Positions 38,461 through 48,387 of a stretch of 64,000 nt of DNA are shown in pieces. The stretch spans positions 128,001 to 192,000 of the forward strand of contig CAXXWX010000003.1 in the NCBI GenBank assembly GCA_963675745.2, given 5' to 3'. The stretch's first letter is position 1. Every line of letters begins with the position of its first letter. Source of the stretch: Phycisphaerae bacterium (GTDB lineage: Bacteria > Planctomycetota > Phycisphaerae > UBA1845 > Fen-1342). The notes below the pieces were generated by a model, which was given only the letters and a program-made list of their open reading frames with translations, was not told the origin of the DNA and ran no database searches. Both the position numbers and the translations under genes were made by a program.

Positions 38461-40671
38461 TCAGTGCGGGCTGCAATGATAATTTGCGGGTTCGTCCGGC
38501 TCGCTGGACCGCCCGCAGCCGGGCACGACCAGCGGCGGCAAACCGCTCTCGCCAAGCCGCCTCGGGCCGGTGGGCGGAACCAGCGAATACGCCCCGGGAT
38601 CCCGCTGAAGCTGGCGTGCCGCCAGGCAGAGACAGTCAAGACTGGCCACTGGCAGCGGGAGCCCGGGATTGACCCGGCAACCCAGCCTATGCCAGCGTGA
38701 CACGCGGCTGGCGTCACTCCCGGTGCCCACCAGACGCTCAAACCGCACGCCCGTGTCCGACAGACTGGCCACCGTACGCGTTTCGCCGGGACCGGGCATG
38801 ACCAGCAGGCCACCACGCAGCCGCGCGGCGTCCGCCAGCACGACCGCGTGGTCAAACGCGAAGCGCAGTGCGCGCGTCTGACGCGCCAGAAAACGCGTTT
38901 CCCGGGTGTTCGGTGCGGCCTCCAGGGCCGATGCGAGCTGATTCTCCAGGCTGGTGACCGCGCTTTCGTCACAGCCACGCAGCAGGGAGTTGCGGCGGTC
39001 GATCCGCGCCGCATATTCAGCGGCGCCAACGCGACCGGCGCACGGTCCAGGGCAAACGTGCTCCTGATACCGCCGGCATGTCCTGCCCGGGCCAGCGCTT
39101 GGCAACAGCGGTAGGTGCTCCGTGAACGACTCCTCCGGGCAGGCGGCCAGCCCAAAGCACGCGGCCGCGGCTTCGCTGATGTCCGCCGCCAGCCGGCGAC
39201 TGCGATACGGCCCAAAGACACTGCCATGCGTCGACGGCACGCGGCAGACGTCCAGTTGCCCATGCGGCTTGCCGTTCTCGGCCAGGTAGCAATAGCCCGC
39301 CCAGCGACGCATCTGCCGGTTGAAAGGCGGCCTGTGTACGCGAATCAGCTCAGCCTCTATCAGCAGCGTTTCCAATGCGCTATCGGCGGGCCGCAGCTCG
39401 ATCGACCCAATGTCGCGGCCCCAACCGCTGAAGAAGTTGGCGCCGCTCTTGCCACGAACATGTGCGCGAACGCGGGTCCGGACATGCCCCGATTGTCCGA
39501 CATACAACAAACGACCACCATTGTCGTAAAGCGCGTACACGCCGCGAATGTCCGGCAGAGCGCCGAGCTGTTCGGCTGTCACACGCGTCGGTGCTTTTGG
39601 CGGTGCCTGGAGAACATCGAAGACGGAGATCGCGTCTGTCGGCGCGCGGATCACTCGCCGCGGTACAAACTCGATGGCCTGGGTCAATATCGTGCACAGA
39701 ACGTCAGGGCGACGCGCCCGCACCCGCGCGGTTAATCTCAACCCGCGCAGTACGGCGCGCGTCGTGTTGCCGGTCAGACGAATCTGCGCGACCGCCCTAT
39801 CCGGCAGACCCGTGACGATCTCGTCGATGCGCGAGACAAGCGCGCCGGGTGACAGCCCCGTGACGTCAATCGGCCAAACAGACATCGGACGGACCGGGTG
39901 TTCCACAAATTCGTAAGCGAGCCCGTCTCGGCCGGCTTCGATTATCACGGCGCCCTTGGGCTCCGACAGCTCGGCAAATGAAATCCGCTCCGGCGAGCCG
40001 GCATACACTATCGGGGGACCGTCCGGAGTCGCTGGTGACAGAGTCTGCTGACGGTGAATGTGGCCGGCGGCGACATAGTCGAATTCAGCCGGAATCGCCG
40101 AACGCTCGACGACATCATCACCGCTGCGGAAGCGATAGCCGGCCGGACCACAAACCGACGATTCAAAGGTCTCGTGTACCGCCAGCAAACGAAGGTCGGC
40201 CTCGGCACTGGGCCACTCGGTGGCGGCCAGCGCGTCGGCGAATCGCTTGTCAGCGGCGTTGCGCAGAGATGGAAATCCGGCAACCGCCACCCGCATGCCG
40301 TTCAACGCGAAACGGATGGTCTGTGGATGGGAGAGGATGTGGATGTTCCGGTGGGCCAGGAGCAAGGTCGCGGGAATCCGGCTGCGCTCATGGTTGCCGG
40401 GGACGATGACCACGGGGATCCCCCCCGCCGCCAACTTGAGCAACGATTCAGCCCCCGCTGCCAGCGCCCGGCTGCTTGGATCGGGCGAATTGAACAGATC
40501 GCCGGCGTGGATCACCAGATCACACGACCGTTGATGGGCCAGCCGCAGCACACGTTCGAAGCCGTTCACGAAATCATCGCCACGCCGCGGGCCGCCATTC
40601 CGTGGGCGCGCCGGCAACTGCGCCCCGATGTGCGAGTCGGCGGTGTGCAGGATGCGTATCCGCGCGGCCAT
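38461..40671 (-). CDS. SbcD/Mre11 metallophosphoesterase nuclease fused to UvrC/Cho-type GIY-YIG endonuclease
   Basis: HTADSHIG, AGDLF, PGNHE, GHIH, YAGSPERISFAE, then LPDIRGVYALY...LLYVGQS..VRTRV...E...PPFN, FGPY and the Cys cluster C...CRRY...CPGPC in one frame. Confidence 0.85.
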   Translation of the reverse strand: MAARIRILHTADSHIGAQLPARPRNGGPRRGDDFVNGFERVLRLAHQRSCDLVIHAGDLFNSPDPSSRALAAGAESLLKLAAGGIPVVIVPGNHERSRIPATLLLAHRNIHILSHPQTIRFALNGMRVAVAGFPSLRNAADKRFADALAATEWPSAEADLRLLAVHETFESSVCGPAGYRFRSGDDVVERSAIPAEFDYVAAGHIHRQQTLSPATPDGPPIVYAGSPERISFAELSEPKGAVIIEAGRDGLAYEFVEHPVRPMSVWPIDVTGLSPGALVSRIDEIVTGLPDRAVAQIRLTGNTTRAVLRGLRLTARVRARRPDVLCTILTQAIEFVPRRVIRAPTDAISVFDVLQAPPKAPTRVTAEQLGALPDIRGVYALYDNGGRLLYVGQSGHVRTRVRAHVRGKSGANFFSGWGRDIGSIELRPADSALETLLIEAELIRVHRPPFNRQMRRWAGYCYLAENGKPHGQLDVCRVPSTHGSVFGPYRSRRLAADISEAAAACFGLAACPEESFTEHLPLLPSAGPGRTCRRYQEHVCPGPCAGRVGAAEYAARIDRRNSLLRGCDESAVTSLENQLASALEAAPNTRETRFLARQTRALRFAFDHAVVLADAARLRGGLLVMPGPGETRTVASLSDTGVRFERLVGTGSDASRVSRWHRLGCRVNPGLPLPVASLDCLCLAARQLQRDPGAYSLVPPTGPRRLGESGLPPLVVPGCGRSSEPDEPANYHCSPH

Positions 40672-41005
40672 GTGCCTTACTTCGACGGTCTCCGATATTT
40701 TCGGGTTTTGTTCGGAACAAGCCAGCTTAGGTTGATGCGGGCACGGCGTCAAGGCGCGTGTCTCAACACATGATGTACGCGTCGCCCCGCTCCATGCCGA
40801 CTCGGCACACGCGCGCTGCCCGGTGGGGCACTTTGGGGTTGGCTGTCAATCGCGATTCGCTGCCGGTGCCACCCGATATGGCCGGCGTGACCCACTACCC
40901 ACTTTGTGGATGGGGGCCGGCAAGACTTGGCGCCACCTTTGGTTTGCGATTAGACTCCCGCGATTGATAGCCAAACGCACCGCAGCCTTTACGGGAGACC
41001 AAGAC

Positions 41006-41224
41006 ATGCTGAACTCATCTCGCATTATGCGTATCAAACTGGCACTGTTGACAGCCGCCGCGCTGTCCGGCAGCACGCTGTTTGCGTCTTGCGGCCTCAC
41101 GGATATTCGCAAGAACATCGTCGAGGGGTCGTTGGATTTCGTCGAGTTTTACACAGAGGCGATTCTCACCGGCGCGGCTCCGACTCCGCCCGACGTATTC
41201 CCCGAGGACTGGCCCAAGGACTAA
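41006..41224 (+). CDS. Small lipoprotein
   Basis: GGAG RBS; signal ending LFASC. Confidence 0.6.
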   Translation: MLNSSRIMRIKLALLTAAALSGSTLFASCGLTDIRKNIVEGSLDFVEFYTEAILTGAAPTPPDVFPEDWPKD

Positions 41225-41491
41225 CACGCCAATCGCAACCAGCGCCGCGAGCAGTTGTAGAGGTTCGGTGACCGAATCGTCGTATGCGGGCCCGTACACC
41301 TGTCTGACGCGGATCGCTGCGCGTACATGTAACAGCCGCCAACGCCCTGAGCTGCGGCCGGGCATCGGCGGCTGTTGCGTGTTCACGCAGTGCCGGTCAC
41401 CGTCCCCCCCCCTGCCGGCACCATACTTACAAACTCGCGCTTCGCCACCGGAGGCGTTTCGATTGTCGAATGGCCCGAGTATCATCCGCCC

Positions 41492-42502
41492 ATGCCGCGC
41501 GGCTCCCAGCACGATTCGGATTTTGACGCGACGCGTATGACTGTCGGCGAACACCTCGACGAGCTGCGCGGCTGCGTCGTGCGCAGTCTGGTCGCGCTGA
41601 TTGTGGCCTGCGTTCTGCTGATCTGGCCCGCCAAGTACATCCTCGAACTGACCGTGCGCCCCGTCGTGCTGGCCTTGCGCCGGCACGGGCAGCCGGAAAA
41701 CCTGCTGCAAACCAGTCCGACCGAACTGATGGTGATCTACCTCAAGGTGATCCTCATCTCGGGCATGGTCGTCGCCTCACCCTACATACTCCACCAATTC
41801 TGGAGTTTCGTTGGCAGCGGGCTCTACCCACGCGAGAAAAACTGGATAAAGCGCCTGCTGCCGTTCAGTGTCGGGCTGTTTCTGGTCGGCGTGGCCTTCA
41901 TGTACTCGCTCGTCCTGCTGGTCAGCCTTAATTTCCTGGTGGGCTTCAGCGGGTGGATCGGGCTGCCGGAGCCGCATCCCGGCGTGATCGAGCGCGCTCT
42001 GCTGCGCACGCCGGCCATCGAGGTCCCCGCTGATCAGCCAGAAGTAGGTGACGCGCCACAAATACCCCTGCTCGCTGACGATCCAACCGCCCCGCCGATC
42101 GGGCGGGTGTGGTTCAATTACACCGAGCACAAGCTCAAGCTGCGCCTGCCCGATCAGACCTATTCGGTCCCGCTGGTGGCCGATGAAAAACGCCCGATCG
42201 TCACGACGTTCTTCAAGATCGGCGATTACCTGACATTCGTGTTGACCATGACGATCGCCTTCGGCGTGGCGTTCCAAATGCCGCTGGTCGTGATGGCCGT
42301 GGTCCGCATCGGCCTGGTCTCGATCCAGACATTGCGCAAGTCACGCCGATACGTGCTCTTTGTCATCCTCATCGTGGCCGGCATTCTGGCACCGCCCGAG
42401 ATTATCAGCCACCTCCTGTTAGCCGGGCCGATGATCATCCTGTTTGAGACGGGCCTTTTGCTTGCAGGCCGGCACGCGGCCCGCGCCAAACCCGCCAAAT
42501 AG
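41492..42502 (+). CDS. tatC: Twin-arginine translocase subunit TatC
   Basis: MTVGEHLDELR, SPTE, WSFVGSGLYPREK, FGVAFQMP, AGILAPPE, LFETG. Confidence 0.93.
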   Translation: MPRGSQHDSDFDATRMTVGEHLDELRGCVVRSLVALIVACVLLIWPAKYILELTVRPVVLALRRHGQPENLLQTSPTELMVIYLKVILISGMVVASPYILHQFWSFVGSGLYPREKNWIKRLLPFSVGLFLVGVAFMYSLVLLVSLNFLVGFSGWIGLPEPHPGVIERALLRTPAIEVPADQPEVGDAPQIPLLADDPTAPPIGRVWFNYTEHKLKLRLPDQTYSVPLVADEKRPIVTTFFKIGDYLTFVLTMTIAFGVAFQMPLVVMAVVRIGLVSIQTLRKSRRYVLFVILIVAGILAPPEIISHLLLAGPMIILFETGLLLAGRHAARAKPAK

Positions 42503-42563
42503 GAGCGCCCGGGCCGTTCGGTCACCGCGCGACAAGTCGGCTGGCGACAGTCATGTTCCAGGC

Positions 42564-42592
42564 TTGACGCACTCCTCGAATTGGCCTAGTTT
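42564..42592 (+). promoter_or_regulatory. Putative sigma70 promoter of tRNA pair
   Basis: TTGACG-N17-TAGTTT. Confidence 0.55.
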
Positions 42593-42646
42593 ACATGGCT
42601 TGCGGGGCCGGCGCCTGGTGGCGGCTTTGCAAGCCGAGCTGTCTCA

Positions 42647-42719
42647 GGTGGGGTAGCTCAGTTGGTAGAGCAACGGATTGAAAATCCGTGTGTCGGCGGT
42701 TCAAATCCGCCCCTCACCA
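42647..42719 (+). tRNA. tRNA-Phe(GAA)
   Basis: Cloverleaf: acceptor GGTGGGG/CCTCACC, anticodon arm ACGGA-TTGAAAA-TCCGT, T arm GGCGG-TTCAAAT-CCGCC; CCA not encoded. Confidence 0.97.
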
Positions 42720-42744
42720 CTTGGCGTGACAACCTGGACGCGAT

Positions 42745-42817
<73 letters not shown>

Positions 42818-42818
42818 A

Positions 42819-43319
42819 TCATAAGCCCCGCGACCCTGATGGGTTAGCGGGGCTTTTCATTGGGGGGCACCCTGCATCGGCTGACGGCATCGCTTCACGC
42901 GCCATCCCACATTCAGGGCAACGCTGGATGTCGTCGCCTAATCCTCGCAGCCAGTACCCGCACCTAACGCACACATCGAATCCGCGCTGGCGCGTAGCCC
43001 GGTAGACGCACGGCGCAAAGCGAATCCGCTGCAACACGGCACCGCCCCCGACGAAACACATCACGAAGAGGGCCACTGGAGCCCCGGCGCGAAACAGCGT
43101 ATGGATCAAACCGCCCGCGCCGATCAGCGAAGCGACCTTCCCCCCCACGTCGCTGGCGAAGAACACCGTGGCCAAATAAACGGCGGGCACAGCAAGATAG
43201 AGCGCGATGTTCCATTTGCTCGCCCACCACAGCTTCCACGCGTTGCGATGAATCGCCCGCCGATCCTGCCTGGTCAGCGGCAGGTCGCGATGGACATACT
43301 CGGGCCATACCCAGCTCAT
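42819..43319 (-). CDS. Two-TM protein with C-terminal zinc ribbon
   Basis: CVRCGYWLRGL...RCPECG; ATGA overlap with the upstream gene. Confidence 0.75.
   Translation of the reverse strand: MSWVWPEYVHRDLPLTRQDRRAIHRNAWKLWWASKWNIALYLAVPAVYLATVFFASDVGGKVASLIGAGGLIHTLFRAGAPVALFVMCFVGGGAVLQRIRFAPCVYRATRQRGFDVCVRCGYWLRGLGDDIQRCPECGMAREAMPSADAGCPPMKSPANPSGSRGL
42823..42857 (+). terminator. Intrinsic (possibly bidirectional) terminator
   Basis: AAGCCCCGCGACCC-TGAT-GGGTTAGCGGGGCTTTT hairpin after tRNA-Ala. Confidence 0.7.
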
Positions 43320-43816
43320 TCCGTCTCTTCGCTCAGCTTCCATGCACAGCCGCATTCGGGGCAAAGCGTAGCCCCATCATCAGCATCCAACGGCAGCATA
43401 CGCAAGTCATACCCGCAGTGCGGGCAGCGGCGGTGCTCAAGCATCGCCGCGGCGATATGCCCAAAGCGCCTGCGCTTGACCACGTACCAGATGATCCATG
43501 GAACGGAACAGAGATAAAGCAGACCAGCGGACTTCGCATATGGGGCATCGCGGATGTCCCCAGTGATCAACGCGTGCGTAAAGAGACCGATCACGAGCAG
43601 CGCGCAGCAAAGGCCGCATATCAACGCCGCACGTTCCACGCCCTGAATGCGTACGCCTTTCTTATTCGCGATGGCTTTGAGCGTATCGGCTTCGATGACA
43701 TCGTGTCGGCGCAATAGGTGGAGGGCTACCGGATCAAGTTGCGTCACTCGGCGACCGCGGGCATCCTTGATTCTCCCGGCTTGCCGGACCGACAGTTGTT
43801 CGCGCTCATCCATCAT
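43316..43816 (-). CDS. Two-TM protein with C-terminal zinc ribbon
   Basis: CPHCGYDLRML...LCPECG. Confidence 0.75.
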   Translation of the reverse strand: MMDEREQLSVRQAGRIKDARGRRVTQLDPVALHLLRRHDVIEADTLKAIANKKGVRIQGVERAALICGLCCALLVIGLFTHALITGDIRDAPYAKSAGLLYLCSVPWIIWYVVKRRRFGHIAAAMLEHRRCPHCGYDLRMLPLDADDGATLCPECGCAWKLSEETE

Positions 43817-44175
43817 GTTCTCAGTGAAGGCGCTCCGATGATCCCGCGGCGAGTTACACGGCACGATCACTCTTCGTCGCGCGGAGCATCAACGTTCGCA
43901 TTGGCCTCCCGGGCAAGACACCGCGCGAGTCAACAGGCGATACCCCACCGTAATCGGACGTTCGCGTCAAGCCGGTTCTCGAATACGCTTGGCGTCGTGG
44001 GCGAGTGTTTAAAACCGGCCCGAGGATGTTCGGTTTACGCCGGATCAGCTCGTAGCCCCACGGGTACGACGCTTCGCGAGAGCCTGGGCGATCCTGCAAG
44101 CATATTGCACAAACCCGTTGCAGTTGCGGCGGGCAAACGGATAGGATTGAAGAATCCTGATACGGAGGGTTTACC

Positions 44176-45591
44176 GTGACCATGCGTTGTACGAACTTCG
44201 TTTCCGCATGCTTTATTCTCGCGCTACCAGCGGCCGGTCTGGGTGATGCGCATCAGCTCGAGAGGAGCGCAACCGCCCCCACGGCCTACATCGACGTGGC
44301 AACAGCCGCGGTTGTCGCGCAGCGGCACCTCGCGCACAGCGGTGCCGCCGACTCGTTTGGCGTGACCGGCATCCAGATGGTGCGCGATGCGGCGGACTCG
44401 GCCGTGCTGTGCTACTGCTTCGATCTCGCGCCGGCCGGATACGTGATTGTGGCGGCCGATGCGGCGTTGCCGCCAGTGGTGGCGTATTCGTTCACGAGCC
44501 CTGCGCCCTGCGACCTGGCATCCGGCACACCTATGGTTGATCTTCTCCGCTGGGACTTGGGGCGGCGCCTGGCACACGCCGAACTGGTGCGTGAAGACGT
44601 CGCACGCGAGATTCGCGACGCCTGGGTGACCAAGCTGACACCGACACCCACGGCCGGAGGTCGCGCGTTCGAGCAGTGGCCGCCGGCGGGCACGACGCCA
44701 ACGGGCGGCTGGCTGGAGGAGACCTGGACCCAGAACGCGCCGTACAACAATCTGTGCCCGATGGATCTAGCGGCGGGAGCGCGGAGCGTCGCCGGCTGTC
44801 CGTCGGTGGCGATGGCGCAGATTCTGGATTACCACGGCCGGCTGAATGCCACCAACTTCGACGATGGTGACGACTACTACCACAATTACGGGAGCAATCG
44901 GTTCTGGATTGACGACGCATACGTTGCACGCGACTTCCCTTCCTTCCCCCAACTCAACACGCACCTCGATGCGCTGTTTGATGACTACTTCCATGGCGCG
45001 ACACCATCGGACACGCACCGCGCGGCGCTCGTGTTCGCGTGCGGCGTCGCCGCGCGGCAGGTGTACAGCTCTTCCGGATCGGGTACCTTCGGCGTCAGCC
45101 AGGCCCTGGACGCCTACCAGAAGTTCAATTGCGAAACCGCCACCCTGCTGGACGACAGCGATCCCAACGTGTACTCCCGGCTCGCGCAGAACATGATCGC
45201 TGCCCGGCCCGCGCACCTGGCGGTTGTCGATCCGGGCTGGTCATACGGCCACAACCTGGTGGTCGATGGCTACAACACCGATGGCTACTTCCATCTGAAC
45301 TTCGGCTGGGGCGGTAGCTACAATGGCTGGTACATCATCCCGAGCGGGATGCCATACGGCCTGACGGTACTCGAAGGTCTCGTGCTGGACATCATGACAA
45401 TGCCGTGCGCGGCGCTGGACTGCACATGCGACGGATCGGTGAACCTGCAGGATTTCGCGTATTACGAGGGCTGCCTTTCGGGCCCCATGAGTCCGTTCGT
45501 CTCCCCAGGTTGTGTTGCCTTCGATGCTGACGACGATACGGATGTCGACCTGCTCGATTTTGGCCTGTTCCAGGTTGCATTCGATGGCTGA
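44176..45591 (+). CDS. Peptidase C10 (streptopain family) with Spi-like prodomain and C-terminal dockerin-like domain
   Basis: Signal peptide, GYVIVAAD..LPPVVAYS, WTQNAPYN, AGCPSVAMAQI, GHNLVVDGY, HLNFGWGG; paired DxxxDGxV/DxDxDxDVDLLDF motifs. Confidence 0.9.
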   Translation: MTMRCTNFVSACFILALPAAGLGDAHQLERSATAPTAYIDVATAAVVAQRHLAHSGAADSFGVTGIQMVRDAADSAVLCYCFDLAPAGYVIVAADAALPPVVAYSFTSPAPCDLASGTPMVDLLRWDLGRRLAHAELVREDVAREIRDAWVTKLTPTPTAGGRAFEQWPPAGTTPTGGWLEETWTQNAPYNNLCPMDLAAGARSVAGCPSVAMAQILDYHGRLNATNFDDGDDYYHNYGSNRFWIDDAYVARDFPSFPQLNTHLDALFDDYFHGATPSDTHRAALVFACGVAARQVYSSSGSGTFGVSQALDAYQKFNCETATLLDDSDPNVYSRLAQNMIAARPAHLAVVDPGWSYGHNLVVDGYNTDGYFHLNFGWGGSYNGWYIIPSGMPYGLTVLEGLVLDIMTMPCAALDCTCDGSVNLQDFAYYEGCLSGPMSPFVSPGCVAFDADDDTDVDLLDFGLFQVAFDG

Positions 45592-45715
45592 TTTCGGCCT
45601 GTCGCGCTGGTGATTCCACGGGGATCGCCAGGAAATCAAATCGAAACGCCAAACTCACTTGCCGAGCACCGATTGACGCCGGTATACCTGTCCTTTGGCG
45701 GCCGGGACCAGGTCT

Positions 45716-47071
45716 ATGGTGACGCTCGGCCACGGCAGAGGTGGCGGCAACGCGGAGGCGTTAGTGACATCGCGATTGCGAGTGCGACAGCGGTTGGGCA
45801 AATACCGGATCGATCGGCAACTGGCCGAAGGTGGCTTTGCCACCGTCTACCGGGCGTATGACACGATCGCCGGCATTCCGGTGGCGCTCAAAGTGCCGCA
45901 CCCGGGTCTGATTACCAAGGAGACGCTGGAGGGTTTTCGCAGAGAGGTTCGGCTGACAGCCGGCCTCGACCATCCCAACATACTCCAGGTAAAAGACGCC
46001 GGGTTCATCGACAATCAGTTCGTCATAGCCTACCCACTGGGCAAAGAGACGCTCGGCGATCGCCTTAGCCGGCGCACATCCGCCCGTACGATGATCAGCC
46101 TGGCTGAGCAGATGCTGGAGGCGGTGGCCTGTGCGCATCGGAAGCGTATTCTGCACGGTGATCTCAAGCCGGAGAATTTCATCCTGTTCCCCGGAGACCA
46201 ACTTCGCCTGGCCGACTTCGGGATTGCCCGGGTGGCCCGCAGAACACTGGCGGCGTCCGGATCAGGCACCGTCGGTTACCTGGCCCCCGAGCAGGCCATG
46301 GGTAAGCCGTCACGCCGTTCGGACGTGTTCTCACTGGGGCTGGTTCTATACCGGATGTTCTCCGGGTATCTGCCTGAGTGGCCGTTTGCCTGGCCGCCGC
46401 CTGGTTTCGACCGCGTGCGCAAGAACCTGCATGCCGACCTGGTCGGATTCCTGCGACGCTGTTTGGAGCTTGACCACCGCAAGCGCTTTGCTGATGCCAC
46501 GCGGATGCTCGCTGCGTTTCGCCGCCTCAAGCCGCGCGCTTTGCGCGGAACTCCCGTGCGACGCCGGTCGAAGTCCGCGAAGAAGCGCGCGGACTGGAAG
46601 ACTCTTCGGACGCGGGGTTTCCTGAAGGAGTACCGCTCGGTGCTGGAAGTGCGCGGGACCTGCGGCCGCTGCCACAACCCGGTCTCCGCAACCATGCAAT
46701 TCTGTCCGTGGTGCGGCTCAAAACGCCGGGTGACGGCGGACGAGAACCGCTTCCCCAAGCGGTGCCCGCGCTGCAAACGGGGGATGAAGACCGATTGGCG
46801 ATTTTGTCCGTGGTGCTATGGTGCCGCCGTGAACCCGAATGCCGCACGACCGCGTTCGGACGTTCGCTACACGGGTCGGTGTACCAATCCCCGCTGCGAG
46901 GGCAAGGATCTCATGCCGTTCATGCGCTACTGCCCCTGGTGCCGGCGCAAGGTCCAGCGCGTCTGGAAGATTGAGGGTGCGAAGGACAAGTGTCAGCGGT
47001 GCGGTTGGGGCGTGCTGCGCGACTATTGGGACCACTGCCCATGGTGTGGCAGTTCCATAAGGCGCGGCTGA
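45716..47071 (+). CDS. Hanks-type Ser/Thr kinase with C-terminal tandem zinc ribbons
   Basis: AEGGFATVY, VALK, HGDLKPEN, DFG, GTVGYLAPE; four Cxx(xx)C...CPWC units; start uncertain (45695-45765). Confidence 0.9.
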   Translation: MVTLGHGRGGGNAEALVTSRLRVRQRLGKYRIDRQLAEGGFATVYRAYDTIAGIPVALKVPHPGLITKETLEGFRREVRLTAGLDHPNILQVKDAGFIDNQFVIAYPLGKETLGDRLSRRTSARTMISLAEQMLEAVACAHRKRILHGDLKPENFILFPGDQLRLADFGIARVARRTLAASGSGTVGYLAPEQAMGKPSRRSDVFSLGLVLYRMFSGYLPEWPFAWPPPGFDRVRKNLHADLVGFLRRCLELDHRKRFADATRMLAAFRRLKPRALRGTPVRRRSKSAKKRADWKTLRTRGFLKEYRSVLEVRGTCGRCHNPVSATMQFCPWCGSKRRVTADENRFPKRCPRCKRGMKTDWRFCPWCYGAAVNPNAARPRSDVRYTGRCTNPRCEGKDLMPFMRYCPWCRRKVQRVWKIEGAKDKCQRCGWGVLRDYWDHCPWCGSSIRRG

Positions 47072-47130
47072 ACAGCGGCGAATTCGCGCGTGTATCGAGC
47101 GCATCGCGCGCGGAATGTATGATTACCTGA

Positions 47131-47487
47131 ATGCCCGGCTTGTTTGATGGAACACCGTTGGAACGCCCCGTTACCTGCGAGGTTTGCGGCCGCGCTTTGA
47201 CGGAGTGCGCCTGCCCGCGCGACGAATCCGGCGCGGTCCTGCCCCCCAGTGCACAAGCCGCCCGCGTCGGCCTTGAGAAACGCCGCAAGGGTAAGGTCGT
47301 GACCGTTGTCTCCGGGCTCAACCCGTTTGCGTCAGACTTGGCGGCCATGCTGGCTCGGCTGAAGTCCGCCTGTGCCGCCGGCGGCACAATCAGCGCTGGG
47401 AAAGTCGAGATCCAAGGTGATCATCGCGAGCGCGTCTTGTCGATTCTGCGCGATCTCGGCTACCCGGCCAAGCTGAGCGACGGCTAG
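47131..47487 (+). CDS. yciH: SUI1/YciH-like translation initiation factor
   Basis: EKRRKGKVVTVVSGL...LKSACAAGGT...IEIQGDHR-type signature (here VEIQGDHRE). Confidence 0.88.
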   Translation: MPGLFDGTPLERPVTCEVCGRALTECACPRDESGAVLPPSAQAARVGLEKRRKGKVVTVVSGLNPFASDLAAMLARLKSACAAGGTISAGKVEIQGDHRERVLSILRDLGYPAKLSDG

Positions 47488-47751
47488 GGTGCTGGCGACG
47501 CTGCGCTGCGCGTGGCGGCCTGACGGCTGGGACTATGCGGCACGCTCGTCGAGCGACTGTCGGTCCGGGCCGCCCGTCCCGCGACGATTATGGCGACACG
47601 ACGGGTCGCGTTAGTCCCCCGCCCCATCGCTCACGTATCGCCTGCCACAGTGCTTATTGTCCCGGGCCCACCGGCCGATAAGGACATTAGGCCCAGCGTG
47701 CGGCCCACTCCGTCGCCACGGAACAGGCAACCGCAGTCAAGGGGATTTGCG

Positions 47752-48387
47752 ATGGTCGGTATCGGAACCGGATGTTTCATGCAGCTTCCTGGCAACTCCA
47801 AGCAACGCGTTCTGCACCCTGTGCGTGTGATCGGGTTGGTCGATGAGACCTATACCGTCGAAGCGCAGGAAGACGACCTTCTGGTCAAGCCGAACATGGA
47901 CGTTGTGCTGTACTTCGAGCAGAACCGCGAGTTCATGCAACAACCCGGGCGGATCGAGGCCGTTGATGATGCCGCAGGCGGGGGCGGATCACAGTCTCTG
48001 ATCAGCCTCAAGGTAACCGGCACGCCGGTCTCAGCCGAGAGTCGCCAGGACTATCGTGTCTCGAGCGTGATCACAGGTTACCGGGCGGATGTGAACGCCG
48101 AGAAGGCCTGCCAGGTATTGGATGTCAGCAGAACCGGCTTGTCCGTCGTGTGCACGGCCGGCTACACGATCGGCAGCCTGGTCGATGTATCGATCGTCGA
48201 GGATGGCAACACCCACTCCGGCAGCGCCTGCGTACAGAGTGTCCGTGACCTGGGCAAGGGGCAGACGCGTTATGGTCTTTACTGCGTAGACGACCGGAAA
48301 TCACAAGGCACGCTGGCCGAGGGGCTTCAGCAGGCCAGCATGCGCCTTCAGCGCGACCAACTCCGTCGCCTGGCAGGTATCGTGTAG
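47752..48387 (+). CDS. PilZ-domain (c-di-GMP-binding) protein
   Basis: RQDYR (RxxxR) and DVSRTG (DxSxxG) motifs. Confidence 0.75.
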   Translation: MVGIGTGCFMQLPGNSKQRVLHPVRVIGLVDETYTVEAQEDDLLVKPNMDVVLYFEQNREFMQQPGRIEAVDDAAGGGGSQSLISLKVTGTPVSAESRQDYRVSSVITGYRADVNAEKACQVLDVSRTGLSVVCTAGYTIGSLVDVSIVEDGNTHSGSACVQSVRDLGKGQTRYGLYCVDDRKSQGTLAEGLQQASMRLQRDQLRRLAGIV

